In this document: positions 22,701 through 34,096 of the stretch, one piece after another
Layout of the letters: every line of letters starts with the position of its first letter
How positions within the stretch are numbered: position 1 is the stretch's first letter
Assembly: GCA_013265495.1 (NCBI GenBank)
Contig: MU061044.1
Coordinates: 496,001-560,000 of the forward strand
Length of the DNA stretch: 64,000 nucleotides
Reading direction: 5' to 3'
Source: Vicugna vicugna
Lineage: Eukaryota
The notes under the pieces: model-generated
Databases searched by the model: none
Told to the model about the DNA's origin: nothing
Seen by the model: the letters and a program-made list of their open reading frames with translations, nothing else
Translations under genes and position numbers: made by a program

Positions 22701-25700
22701 ACTCTGCTCAAGGATGAGCTTCTGGTAAACCCCAGCTTGCCCAGATCCTCTGTTATGGACTGTATGTTTGTGTCTCCCCAAAATGCTTGTGTTGAAGCCC
22801 CAGTCCCAAAACGACGGTATTAGGAGGTGAGGCCTTTGGAAAGTAAGAGCATTAGAGGAGGCCATGAGGGTGGAGCCCTCATCACGGCATTAGGGTCCTA
22901 ATTCCCTCTGCGCACCCAAGAAGAGACAATGTGAGTGCACAGGAAGATGGTGGCTGTCTGCGGAGCAGGAAGTGGGCCCTCNNNNNNNNNNNNNNNNNNN
23001 NNNNNNNNNNNNNNNNNNNNNNNNNNNNNNNNNNNNNNNNNNNNNNNNNNNNNNNNNNNNNNNNNNNNNNNNNNNNNNNNNNNNNNNNNNNNNNNNNNNN
23101 NNNNNNNNNCCTCATTGTGCAAACACTGGGCAGCAGCAGCACAAGGAAAGCTTTGGGGCACATGAGCTCCTGTCCCAAGGAAGCAGTCACTGGAGAGGCG
23201 AAAATGTCCAGACCCCAGCTCTCCCTGGAGTTCATAGTACCTTCTCAGCTATACCCCAGGCAGAGATTTGTGGATTTCCCAAACTTGGAGCTTAGGCACA
23301 GTATGTACTATTGTCCCTCTGTGGGGGAACTTGCTAGGATGCAGATGAACTTGTCCCACCCTTAGGCACGGTGACTGCATCTGTCTAAGATGGGGCCTAT
23401 GAATCTGCATTCTTAAATAAGCATTCCAGGTGCCCTTGAATTTCTGCAGTTCTGGGCTCTGTGACTGCATTTCCAAATGATTTGTAGGGGAGCAGTGGAA
23501 GAAGGCATCCAATGGCACCAACCTGTTTAATACCTATAATTACAGTGGCTGCTAAGTGTCATTAATCTCTAAAGGGGTGACTTGATTTTCAGTGTTGATA
23601 GTAGGGGTGAGGGTTATATGTAGTTTAAAAACTCACCCTCAATATATAATTGGATATAAATATGTGTTTGGAACATGGGGAAAAAGTGTCATTTTTATAA
23701 CGCAAAAGAGGTAAAGGGCCCCAAACCCTTGGCTGGTGGCATTGCTCTGGGCACAGGCTTCGGATTCCATGTATCCGTGATTTTCCAGGTGGGAGTGGTG
23801 ATGAGGACCGTCTAGATTCCTCACAGCTGAATCTCTGGAAGAGAGGCGCTAGCCTGAGAGGTTTCTGTTTATCAGACGGAGCATGGATTTGTTTTTTTAA
23901 AGGATGTAAAACATCCTCTGCTCCTTCCCACTTCTGCCAACACTGACCTGTGTGTGTCCAGCCTGCGGTCTGCCCTTGGTCCTGTCGCTGTGAATGGACT
24001 GTCCCCTTCCCCTCACCTGTCACCTCCTTTAGCGCTTCTCTTCTGTAATTAGCCCCTTCCCCTACCTGCCTCGCTGGTTCTCGTCCTTCGGCACCGCCAC
24101 GGGTGACACGTGTATGCGCCCTGTTAGTGCCCACATTGGACCCCTCAGTCGACTTTTCAGCTCCCCTACATCTACCCACCCCCTCCCCCGCCCCACTTCT
24201 GTTTTATTCCTCAAAATCACTAAATCCACTTCCACATCTCCCAATTCCTCTTCCACCTACATCTGTCAGAATTTTGTCTCCGATATTCCACTGAAACTGC
24301 TCTGGTCACGGTCACCAAAATTTTCCTTTGTTGCCCGGTTGGGTGGTCACTTCTTTGTCTTGTTTTTCTCAACTTCTTGGCAGCATTTGGTGGAACTGAG
24401 CCTTCCCACCTTGGAATGCTTTCTCCTCTTCCCTGACACCCCGCTGTCAGTGGCTCTTCCTTTTCAGTCTCCTTATGTGCATTTCCTTGTTTGTTCGTGC
24501 TTTCTTCTTCTCTAACGGTGCTGGGCTGAGTCAGGGGCTGGAGTTGGGGCCAGTTCTCTTCTCTGTCCTCCTTTGCTCCACCCTCCCCACCCCAAGCTCA
24601 TCTACTCCCATGGCTTTTAATGCCAACCCTACAGAGATCTCATGGAAACTCGGATCTCCAGTCTCGGCTTCACCTCTCAGCTCCAGATGTGTGTTTTGGA
24701 CACCTCTACCTGGACTTCACTCAAACGTCTAAGATCTATTTCAAATTTATAATGGAAACAAACAAACAAACAAACAAAACTTCTATTTTTCCTCCAAAAC
24801 CTGTTCCTTCACAAGCTCTTCCCATCTCAGAAAAACAATACTGACATCCATCCAAATGCTAGAGCCCTGAAGTCATTCCCAGATTGAAGAATCAAGAATA
24901 AATTTTGCAAATGATAACCCATATACATAAAAATAGATAGAGAACAAGTTTTTTTTTCTGTATAGCACAGGAAACTATATTTAATATCTTGTAATAACCT
25001 TTAATGAAAACAAATATATGTGTGTATATATAGGCATGACTGGGACATTACGCTGTACACCAGAAATGGACACATTGAAAGTGAATATACTCCAATGTAC
25101 AAAAAGAATAAATTTTAGGTGTGTGTATGTGTGTGTATACTAGGTCACACCATCAAGTATATGTATCATTATTATGGGTCAAAGTGAAAAGGTTTGAAAG
25201 CCTACACTATGTGCAGCTGCCTTGCTTTGTTACAAAACTCCACTGAGGGCTCTAGGAAATGTGCCTCATGCACTGGGCTCTGAGACCAGGACCATCCCAA
25301 CATTTACAGGACCTGGGACAGGAATACAAATAAGACCCAAATATCATATGTCTAAGTATTTTAAAGTTATAAATCAGGCTAAGAAACTGTTGAATAAAGT
25401 ATGTTCTACCCCTCTATCTTGACAAATTTACACACTCCTTGGATGTCCAGTCTAAAACACGGAAATGCAAGAAAAAATGGCCCGTAGTCTGTCTCCAGTC
25501 TCTGGCCTCTCTCCCTTCTGTTCTCATCCCTGGCTCCTGCCCACACTGCAAGGGTCCTGGCATTCACATGGTGAATGTACAAGCTCCATCTGTCACCTTC
25601 CCAAACAGCTACCTGTAGTTACCCTTTTATAGGCCAAGGGGTCACCCTAGGATAGAAGACCCAGGATAGAGACTCACACAGTCGTTGACAGTGGGCCCAG

Positions 25701-27377
25701 AGTCATTTGGACAGGGAAGTTGAGGTCTAGAGGAGGGGGTGTGGGTGTGGGTGTGGGCTTAGGGTGGGCACATCCTTTTGCACCTTGAACTCCCCATCCT
25801 GTGGGGATGGGCACAAATGGAGAAGGACCAGTCCCAGGGCACGGCTCTCTCTGGCTCAGCTAGAATGGTGATACTGCTCAGGACAGACAGTGGTGGTACA
25901 ATTTAGATTCCATTCTCCTAGAGATCTTCCACTTTCAACCAATACCTCTTCCCACTCGGGTCTGAGTTAACCATCCACTGTGCTCACATACGTCTTACTA
26001 CTGAGTAGTAAGTCTATTTCATTAAACCTCCATTCCCTTGGGCTTTTAGGGCTTTCCAATCTTCGACTCAACCAACATCTGACTTTCCTCTGTGCTCCAA
26101 CCATCGCACAGAAAGCAAATATGGATAAAAAACCATTTTGACCCTCAAAATGCTTAACATTGATTCAATAAAATATGGTGGACACACCCCGACCCACAGT
26201 ACAAGGCAGAAGGGGGTCAGCTGTTGGGATTCAGAAGAGGAGGCTCTAGAGAGTGTATGAGAAGGAGGCGGAGGTTGAGGTGGATTTTGAAGGACCCATA
26301 AATGGTGGAGGTATTCCTGGCAGAAGGAATGGCAGGAACAAAGGTATGGTGGCAGGAGTCTAGCACTTTCGTGTTCAAGGAGGACTCCCGTTGGCTGGAG
26401 GTTAGGACAGTTCAGGGGAGCGTGGTAAGCTCATCATATAAGAGGGGAGTCCGAGGGAGGAGTTTGTGTTTAAGGAGTCTGATTCAGTAGACAGTGGGAG
26501 CCACTGAAGACTGTTGGGAAGGATGATCATACGGTTAGAGTCAAGATCAAGGAAGGCAGATGTGGCGCTACAGGCAGGTCCAGCCGAGGAAGTGGAAGAG
26601 CTAGTTTAGAGGTGTCCTGTGCTCCCTTGGTTACGCCTCTCGCTGGGGCTGCCACTGCTTCCCATCCTGGTACATACGACTGTAGAAACTACATGAATTG
26701 GCCGTTGCTGGGGTCAAAGTCTGTTTGGGGATAATAGGGACGAGGAGGTAAAGAGCTGCTTTGGCATTTTGCAGCTGATGTCAGAGACAGTTAAGACAGA
26801 TCGAGTAGCTGAGTTGGGTGGTGACCAATGAGGAATGCGAGGCTGAGCGTTAGGCTTGTTGTGTTTCCGACCTTGATGGGATGGGGAAGTCGGGGTGCCC
26901 AGGAGGCCACTGGAAATCGGGATATGGAGCTCGGGCAATGGATTAGGGCTACCAGATGGATTAGGGAATCTTCATTTAGATTTGAACTTTGAAAATTCAG
27001 CAGTGAAAGAGATCCAAAGAAAGAGGATGTAGCAGTGAGAAGAAGGAATTTTGGAGGCATTTACTTTGAGATCCCATGTTACCAGGCGAATATGTCTGGG
27101 AAAGGTGACACTTCGGCTCTTACGAGTCAACCCCTGAGCCAAAGAGGAGGTGTGTCTGGAGAGCAGAGAGGGGCTCTAGCTGGGAGTAGGGGGGGCCTCC
27201 AATGCGGCCTGTGGCCTTCATCCTGTCCTGCCCTAGGTACCAGTTTACAACTAAGTCCATCCAAAAACATCAAGCAACTCCCCTGCCTGTGGCCAATTCA
27301 ACCCTCAAAGGCATCTGAGGTGTTTCCCCAAAGCACTTACCCGGCAGGAAGTAAAGTGACCAAAGCCAGAGGTCCAT
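13594..27377 (-). CDS. FCMR: IgM Fc receptor (FcmuR/FAIM3/TOSO), spliced CDS: 27341-27377, 20439-20774, 19564-19695, 18378-18600, 16844-16980, 16325-16483, 16060-16118, 13594-13770 (419 aa)
   Basis: The eight exons total 1260 nt with consistent phases. Signal MDLWLWSLYFLP, V-type Ig domain (DSGVYACG), S/T/P-rich stalk, His-containing TM (GFHILIPTIL), tail motifs QNNIYSACPRR and DYINIP. Confidence 0.97.
14900..15330 (+). mobile_element. MaLR LTR (MLT1I/J-like) in FCMR intron 7
   Basis: TACATTTCTCAGCCTCCCTTG..TGGCCAATGGGATG..GGAAGTGATG..GACCATGGATGAGG pattern. Confidence 0.55.
16060..16118 (-). CDS. FCMR: FCMR exon 7 (cytoplasmic)
   Basis: 59 nt, GVGTAPLPGPGASAPPARPQ; CCCCTAG acceptor, CAG|GTAAGC donor. 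Confidence 0.92.
16325..16483 (-). CDS. FCMR: FCMR exon 6 (cytoplasmic)
   Basis: 159 nt, ALSRRVRRLAVRMRALEASQRP...QNNIYSACPRRPRGTDAA. Confidence 0.95.
16844..16980 (-). CDS. FCMR: FCMR exon 5 (transmembrane)
   Basis: 137 nt, QGFHILIPTILSLILLALMGLLAKRVIQRRR. Confidence 0.96.
17085..17200 (+). mobile_element. MIR
   Basis: CTGGAGTCAGGAAACCTGGATTCAAAT..CTTCTCTGAGCCTCATTTCC..GTAAATGGG. Confidence 0.65.
17395..17692 (+). mobile_element. L2 3' end
   Basis: CTGCCTAGAAGGTCCTCC..AGTACAATGCCTGGCACATAG..AATGTTGGTTGA. Confidence 0.65.
17913..17926 (-). promoter_or_regulatory. CTCF motif (CCACTAGGGGGCAT)
   Basis: Matches the core CCASYAGRKGGCR; in FCMR intron 4. Confidence 0.65.
17972..18075 (+). mobile_element. 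MER33 fragment (hAT-Charlie)
   Basis: TGCTGTCTAACAGAAATGTAATG..ATGTAATTTTACATTTCCTAGTAGCCACATT..GTGAAATTAATTTTAATA. Confidence 0.7.
18378..18600 (-). CDS. FCMR: FCMR exon 4 (stalk 2)
   Basis: 223 nt, HHSSPTISITHRPRVSR...SYNHQTRLHRQR; donor AG|GTAAGG. Confidence 0.95.
19324..19337 (-). promoter_or_regulatory. CTCF motif (CCACCAGGTGGCGC)
   Basis: Full consensus match; in FCMR intron 3. Confidence 0.75.
19564..19695 (-). CDS. FCMR: FCMR exon 3 (stalk 1)
   Basis: 132 nt, DYESFWEEEPVPEPPAWF...FQMPAHASPLQFISK. Confidence 0.93.
19967..20033 (+). repeat. 67-bp direct repeat, copy 1 (FCMR intron 2)
   Basis: 65/67 identical to 22604-22670. Confidence 0.95.
20439..20774 (-). CDS. FCMR: FCMR exon 2 (Ig V-like IgM-binding domain)
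   Basis: 336 nt, phase 1-1; VSGALKVIPEVKLDGLLGGSVIIECPLP...RLYLCR...DSGVYACGVGMNTDRGKTQQVTLIVHS. Confidence 0.97.
22604..22670 (+). repeat. 67-bp direct repeat, copy 2 (FCMR intron 1)
   Basis: 65/67 identical to 19967-20033. Confidence 0.95.
22751..22981 (+). mobile_element. MLT1A/B-like LTR, cut by an N gap
   Basis: TGTTATGGACTG..TGTCTCCCCAAAAT..GAGGGTGGAGCCCTCAT..GAAGATGGTGGCTGTCTG..GGAAGTGGGCCCTC. Confidence 0.75.
22982..23109. other. Assembly gap (128 N)
   Basis: Run of N. Confidence 1.
24190..24900 (+). mobile_element. L2 fragment
   Basis: CACTGAAACTGCTCTGGTCACGGTCACCAA..GGCAGCATTTG..TCTCCAGTCTCGGCTTCACCTCTCAGCTCCAGA. Confidence 0.65.
24905..25110 (+). mobile_element. Artiodactyl-type L1 3' end
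   Basis: TGTATAGCACAGGAAACTATATTTAATATCTTGTAATAACCTTTAATGAAAA..GCTGTACACCAGAAA. Confidence 0.7.
26280..27110 (-). mobile_element. L2 fragment
   Basis: ATTCCTGGCAGAAGGAATGGCAGGAACAAAGG..GGGAGCCACTGAAG purine-rich L2 pattern. Confidence 0.55.
27341..27377 (-). CDS. FCMR: FCMR exon 1 coding part (signal peptide)
   Basis: GCCATGG strong Kozak context, MDLWLWSLYFLP, donor G|GTAAGT. Confidence 0.95.
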
Positions 27378-28959
27378 GGCTTCTTCCAGAGCAAGGTCCC
27401 ATCCAAGAGCCCCCGGAGAGGGGGACCGAGACCCTCTGCTCACCCAGGAACCCTTCACAATTTGAAGCTTGAAAGAGATTTCTGGCCCCCACGTGGAGTA
27501 GGGCTTGAAAATGAGGAAGTGACAACTCGTCTTGTTTGCTTATAGTGTTAGACCAAAAAAAAGTGAACATCCGTAAACCACAGCGGAAGTCAGAAACTGA
27601 GAAAACATATTGTGTTGAGTGAGAATGGGTCACCAGGGGCCACAGGGCCTCGAGGCAGCTCCTAAAGACTATTAGGAATGGCCAGGCTGCTATTTCTTTG
27701 CCTTGGAGGGCACTTCCATGCTTTATTCGCATTTATTGACCTTTGAGCCAGTCATTATCCGCTTTATTCCCATCTTCAGGATGGAAGAGACTCTTCACGG
27801 ATTTTCTCCTTCTGAGGGGCGCTGTGTGGACAGAGCTTGGGACCGAAGTCAGAAGCTGCTGGTTGCAGCCCTTGAACTGCCCTGACAAATGCCTCTGAGC
27901 ACCTGCTCTGTGGGGACACTATGGGTTTTGAGCAAGTCACGACCACCTTTTCCTGAGCCTTGATTTATTTATTTAGGAAATGAGGGTGGGACTGGAGGAT
28001 CTCTGGTGTTCCCTCCTGCAGAACATCGTTCCTGGGGCCTTCACCACGGCTCACCCCGCCTCATCTCCCCCGACGTTCTCCCTAAGCTGCTGCCCTCCGG
28101 CAGGGGCCCAGGCCACTGTCCGGTGACCACAGGGGCGATGCCAAGAGGGGTCAGCCTAAAGTCACAGCAGCCTAGCAAAGCCATCCTTTGGGACCCGGAC
28201 GGTCCGAGGGTGAGGTCCAGTGACCCAGACACTGAAGCAGCCAGCTGCACAGTATCACGGAAAGGGCTTTGTGTTCCAGTCCAAATCCGGGTTCTGGTCC
28301 TGACCTGGCACTGCCGAGCGTGGGCCTCAGTTCTCTCACAGATAAACTGGGGGTGGTGCCCACCCCGCCCCCTCCCACAGCGATCCTGAGGTCCTCCCAG
28401 AAACCACGGCCATGCCAGTGTGTGCGGAGCCCCTGGTGGAGACGTGGGGGCTGTTACTGGCCGGAGGACTCCTGGGGCTTTGCTCCGGGATGCTACACGG
28501 AGGCCGGCTTCCTGGCCCCACCTCCAGGTGCTGCAGCCCCCGGGGGATCGGGGGCTCAGGCTCTTCCCACGCCTCTCTGGGAGGCGCTTCCGGGCTCCCC
28601 ACTGGTCCCACACCCCAGCTCTGTCACATGCTCCCACAGCACAAGCAAAGACATCCGCAGCAGAGGGTGAGCGAGGCTCCGAGCAGGTGCAGAGGAAGCG
28701 CGTGTCGGGTGGGCAGCCGCCCGCCCCCCTTCCTGGGTCTCCGCCAGCCCCCGAGCGGCTGCACTTGTGACTTCCTCCAGCCCCTCCACCCACTGGCGCG
28801 GTGTCTGAGGGCAGCCTCGGGGCTCTGGTTTGAGTGGGTGGCTGTGGCCCCCATCAGCCTCTGTCCTTCCCTGCTCAGTGGCCTCTTCCCAATGCCCTGC
28901 TGCTGCCACAGCTTGGCTTGAGGCCTGGGGTGCCTCGGAGGGACAGAGAATGAGCAAAC

Positions 28960-29210
28960 TAGTGCAATGTGCGTGTGTGACTGTGGGCGTGAGAATATGT
29001 GAGTGTGTGGTCTGTGGTGTGGTTGAGTGTGAGTGCGTGTGATTGTAAGTGTGCGGTTGTGAGTATGTGAGTGTGTGCGGGGGGGTGTGGTTGTGTGGTG
29101 TGATGTATAGTATATGGTTGTATGTGGCTGTGAGTGTGTGAGTGTGTGGTGTGCGGTTGAGTGTGGTGTGGTTGTGAACATGCTGTGTGTGTGTGACGTG
29201 TGTGTCTGTG
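28960..29210. repeat. Degenerate (TG)n / TGTGG low-complexity tract
   Basis: About 250 nt dominated by GT dinucleotides. Confidence 0.9.
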
Positions 29211-31106
29211 AAGATGAGGGTGGGCTGCGCTGTGGCTGGGCCCGCCAGGCAGTGCAGGGACGTGTGGGGTCAGAGTGTGCGGCAGAGATTTCACAGCATG
29301 TGTGGCCCAAATAAAACCCTTAGAAACCTCACACTGGGTGGCTCAGAGCAGGACTAGGGGTCCAAGGACTGCCCGGCAGGACGTGAGTGTTTGGCGTCTG
29401 GGGAACCAGACTCACAGACCTGGGCCCGGCCAGTGGGTACCTGCAGGTGTTGGCCCAGGGTCTCGGGGTCAGGGCCCCAGGGCAAGGATGGCCCCTGGCT
29501 GAAACGCCAAGTGGGAGAAGGTCGCCGTCCACCCTCTCTTTTTCACCTCGTCTGCATTTCATTTCTCCTTTCTGACCGACGGGGCTGCTGTGCGGCCCCG
29601 GCGCTCCTGCCCCCAGGAGAAGCTGTGAGGAGCGGCAGCCCACGGACAGGCAGGGGACCCTGGAGCTCGTGTCCTCTGGGGCCAGTGCTTGACCAGAAAG
29701 AGGGTACCTGAGGGGAAATGGCAGTGGGAGGGAATGAGTAATACCAGGCAGACCGGGGGCCGCGCTAAGTCCTTCAGGTAAGTCGTTTACCCTCCATGGT
29801 AACTGAGGTTTTCTTATCCTCCCTCTGTGGGGTGGGAAGAACATTTCTCATAAGGTTCTTGTGAGGGGTGCACGAGGCAGGCACTACTACAAAGGGCTGG
29901 AATGCAGTGTGAGCACAGAGGAGACCAGCCCTTGTCGTCAGGGTGGAGGTTGTCCCCATGCGCTCTGCTCCATCATCACATCACCCAGCTTTGACCTCCC
30001 ATGTGGCCAGGCTCCAGAGGACCATCTCCTGGGTTTTCCAGATGGAAGGCCGAGATGCTCAGGTGCCCCTCCCTGTGACCCAACACTGCTCCCCGCAAAG
30101 ACACACCATGAGAATCCCTGGCCCCCTGCACTCACCAGGGAGCCTGCCCAGTTAGAGGCACCAGGCTCAGTCATCCTGTTCCCTCTTGCTGAGAACTTGG
30201 ACCGCAGTCTGGCCTGTCCCAGAGGGAGCCACTCCGTAAGAGCAGGGCTTTGAGGAAGGTTACCCTTTACAGTAACTAGACTTTCTGCTACAAGAAATGG
30301 TGGAGTTTTGGTAAGATTTCTTTCCTGAATACTGTCACATTCCTGTTGGCAGTCTAAGGTTAGAACCCACATATGTGGAAATTTAGGATGAATGCTAATG
30401 TGATTTATTAGCAAAGACCAGGATTTTAGATTATTTGCCTCCACACACGTAAACAAAGACTTTTGACCCTTGGGAGGGTGGATTGGCCATCCATTTCTTT
30501 ATCGACCTTAGGAGAGGTTTGCAAGCTTCTAGAACTCCTTGAATTTCACACCTCAGCTATGTCCCTTCCCTTCCTGCTTCAGCTTTGGCCAGCTGGAGGC
30601 CGTCTCTCTAGGCTTGCAGCTTCTCTCTCGGTGCGCCCCTGGCTGCTTAGATACCTAGTCTTTCTGAGATAATCTCTTATTATCTTTATTGCACGAGCTC
30701 CTTTGTGGAGTTTGTTATTTCTAAGAAGCTTAGGTGTGGGGAACTCTGTCTCTGCCTTGGGGACAGACCATAACAGAATCAGCTCCTCTCTGCTGTCTGC
30801 TGTTCTGAGGAGAGATGTCCTATCCTGAGTCTTGGGGAACGTCTTGGAACAAGTCATATATATGTATACATATATGACAAACCAAAATCAGCTGCTGTAA
30901 ACAAATTCTCAACCACGACTGGGTCTTAGTAAAGTGTAATCATTATTACATATGGATTTTTAAAAAGAAAAAACATCAAGATACTTCAAGAACCTGGGGA
31001 AGGTTTTCTTATCATTGGAAATATTTAAGTAGTTCCCTGAATGGTTGCTGGACACTGAGCATGGTTATCTGATTTATCATCAACAGCCCCACAGTTGATC
31101 GTTACT

Positions 31107-31558
31107 CTCCTGTCCCGGGCTGCATAGTGTCCCTCGAAAATTCGTCTCTGCCTGGAACCTCAGAATATGACCTGATTTAGAAGCAAGAACTCTGCAAATG
31201 TAATTTGTTAAGATGAGATCAGGCTGGATTAAGGTAGGCCCTCCATCCAATGACGGTTGTCCTTGTAAGAAGGTCACGTGAAGGCACAGGGGGACACCCA
31301 GGGAGGATGCTGTGAGATGATGCAGGCAGACTGGGGGGATGCAACTACAAGCCAAGGAATGCCAAGGATGCTGGCAGCCGCCACAGGCTGGGAGAGAGAC
31401 GGGAACGGATTTCTGCTCAGAGCCTCCAGAAGGACCTGACCCTGCCAACATCTTGATTTCAGACTTCTAGCCTCCAGAATGGTGAAAAAATAAATTCCAG
31501 TCATTTTAGGCCACCTGGTTTGTGGCACTTTGTCACAGAAGCCCTGGGAAATTAATAC
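31107..31558 (+). mobile_element. MLT1C-like solo LTR, near full length
   Basis: GGAACCTCAGAATATGACC..CAAGCCAAGGAATGCCAAGGATGCTGGCAGCC..GACTTCTAGCCTCCAGAA..AATAAATT..GGAAATTAATAC. Confidence 0.85.
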
Positions 31559-32472
31559 CCCTCCAAAATGGATGACTTTTAATTTGTTAGTTACCCCGTT
31601 CAGGCTACAGACCAGCTTCCTTCTTCAGAGAAGGGTTTCTCTGTCCAGTATGCTGCATGAGGAGCAGGTGGATTTGGGGTGGGACATATTATGCTTACTA
31701 TCACCTATTGACAACATCAGTTAAGAACAATAGAAGGTTGCAGTTTTAGTGACATTTCTTGGCCTTTGATTCTAGGAACTTGGATAAACTGCCTGAGCTC
31801 AGGACGGGCTTGCAGGTTATACATTAATACAGAAGCTATACCTTAATCCTTCAGCCCCAGACATGACTCTTTGGTGGGTCAGAGAGCAGCTTCCTGGGGG
31901 GCAGAGGGTGTTAGGTTCTGACCCACCTTGTAATTGTGGTTCTCCTGGAATGGTTTGCTCTCACTGCAGAAGCAGCTAATAGTCATCCCCATCATAGAGA
32001 ACAGAGACCTGAACATTGCTGACGACCACGTCTCCTGGCTGCAGAGGAGCCCAAGGCTCTGATCCTCTGATCCAGGCTCCAGAACCAGGAGTGGGCACGG
32101 CAGTTGGTGGGGCTGAAGGGGAGACGCAGGAGGACTGTGGAGGGCAGACTGGGGGAGCATGCGGCATGGAAAGCATTGTGTTCAAGGCCTGGGTAGATGC
32201 AAAGGTTCTGCCCCATATCAGGCAGGACTGAAGGCTGGGAGGAGCTCTTCCCCAGAGAAAGCTGCCCACACACAGACACCCCGAGGGAGAGTCTGGGGTG
32301 GTGTTGGGGGCTTATAGGATACGGCAAAGTTTAGTACCAGAACCTAGCAATGGCCTCAGTAGACAAAGGTGTCCTTTATCTAATCACTGTCCCCCAAGAG
32401 ACTTGGGGTCCACCATTCTAAAACCTAAGTCATCATTTAACTAGTCTCCAGCTGGTAGTCCTATGAAGGGAG

Positions 32473-32632
32473 TTTATTCATTTGATTAATTGAGTTTTGA
32501 TTCACAGCATCTTGATCTTCAAGGTTACCCCAGGCAGATGTGAGATTCAAGGTCAAGTATTCCACAGATGCTTTACCAACGTTTTGGTTAATGCCTAAGG
32601 GAAGCACTGGTTATACCTGCTTTCAGTTTATT
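32473..32632 (-). terminator. PIGR poly(A) signals (AATAAA at 32632-32627 and 32478-32473; weaker ATTAAA at 33647-33642 and 32925-32920)
   Basis: TTTATT / TTTAAT on the + strand, 0.45-1.6 kb past the stop codon; which site is used is unknown. Confidence 0.55.
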
Positions 32633-34096
32633 CCATCATGAATAGTCTTAATTACGTTTTATAACACAGAGCGTGGGGGTCTTGGCCATTGGTGTCGACC
32701 CCAACCTGTTCTTTCATGGAAGATCATCTCAGTCCCACTAGCAGGCAGTCTCCTTGCCCCTCTTAGCCCAGCATGGGAGGTGGGGGAAACTCCGGTTTAG
32801 ACACATGTCCTGGGGTACCTAAAAGTGCAACCAAAGCAAACTGCCCGGAAAGGGTTGTCTGGGAAACAGACGGTATGGGGACAAATGTAGTCTGAGCCTC
32901 CTCAGTGGCAATCACAGTCTTTAATTATTCATTAATTCGCATTTTTGATTTGTTAGCAAGTGCCAGCTTGTAGGTGCTAGTTGAAGTACAGAGCTTAGAG
33001 GGAAAAAAAAACAAAACAAAACCTTAGCTCTCTGGAGATCAGCCCCTCCCTGGCACCATCAAACTGCCTCTTTCCTCCCCTTCCACTCAGAATTCTCCAG
33101 ATAGAGGGGCTGGAAGAATCTGACGACCCTCATACCCTCTTAGGTCTCTGTGAGTGACAGAAAGGGGAAGGACTGTCTCCCCTGAGGTGGGGCTTGTGAA
33201 AGACCAGTCCCCATGTACATTTTCTCTTCTTCCTCCTCCTTACTGTAGAATTCTGTCTCCCCCAGGAGAGCAGAGGCTCTTGTAGAGAGATAGGAGATGC
33301 TAAATCTAGCTTCAACACTCGTGTGTCTCACGTGCTGCCCTTCAGCAAACCACTTCACCGCTGAGGATCTCAATTTTCTCACGTCAAATGTTAAATGCTA
33401 AGAACATGTGTTTACAGCTCCTTGTATGTATGCGCGTGTTACATGAGCCCTAAGGCCTTAGGACTCCTCCCAACGCAGGCGGAAGTGAGTGTATCTGGTG
33501 AGGATTTCAGACCATGGTGAGTACACAGAGATGCTGTGGCTTCCAAGGATTCAGTGATGTTTACAGAAAGGCCGCCGGTTGGGTTCGTGGCGCAGTGTCT
33601 AGCAGAGCGCCTGGGTTCTAGTGAGTATCCAGATACGTATTTTTAATGAAAGAAAGAAGAAGAGAAGATGGAAGGGAAGGAGGGATGGAGAGACGCAGGG
33701 ATGGTAGAAGGGAGAGCCCATCACTGACATCCCAAACTAAAGGTGCAGAGAAGCCCCGGACGGCCCTCCTTTCTGAAGTCATCTCCCCACCCCTTCTGGT
33801 CTCTTTTCTTTCTGAGAGGCCCCTCCAGGATCTTAAATCTCCTTCCACACCTTAGTTCTGTTGTCAGGACTCAGCTGCCGGTGGGAATTCCTCACGTCAC
33901 CTCACCCCCAACAGGAACAAGTAAGCCAGGCTTGGACCACCGAGAAGGGACCGCTACACCCTCTGAGGACAGGGAGGAAAAGCCTAGGTGGGGGGTGAGT
34001 GCAGGCAGTGGAGCCCCCGGAGCTGAGGGCCCTGAGAATCAACGTGATTCTGAAGGTGATTGTCGTGTGCGGAGGGAGGGGCAGCCCGGGCGCTGC

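Noticed and set aside
22882-23365. ORFs containing X runs (also 53214-53420)
   Set aside because: Artefacts of reading through N gaps inside MLT1 LTRs.
23625-24179. 184-aa minus-strand ORF in FCMR intron 1
   Set aside because: Non-ATG start, runs through repeat-like sequence, no family resemblance.
27270-27458. Apparent N-terminal extension of FCMR in the ORF track
   Set aside because: It begins at GTG in the 5' UTR; the in-frame ATG 27377 has a strong Kozak context and matches orthologues.
28041-29310. 250-aa and 228-aa minus-strand ORFs upstream of FCMR
   Set aside because: Low-complexity translations of GC-rich DNA, a MIR fragment and the TG tract (His/Thr runs); no recognisable domain.
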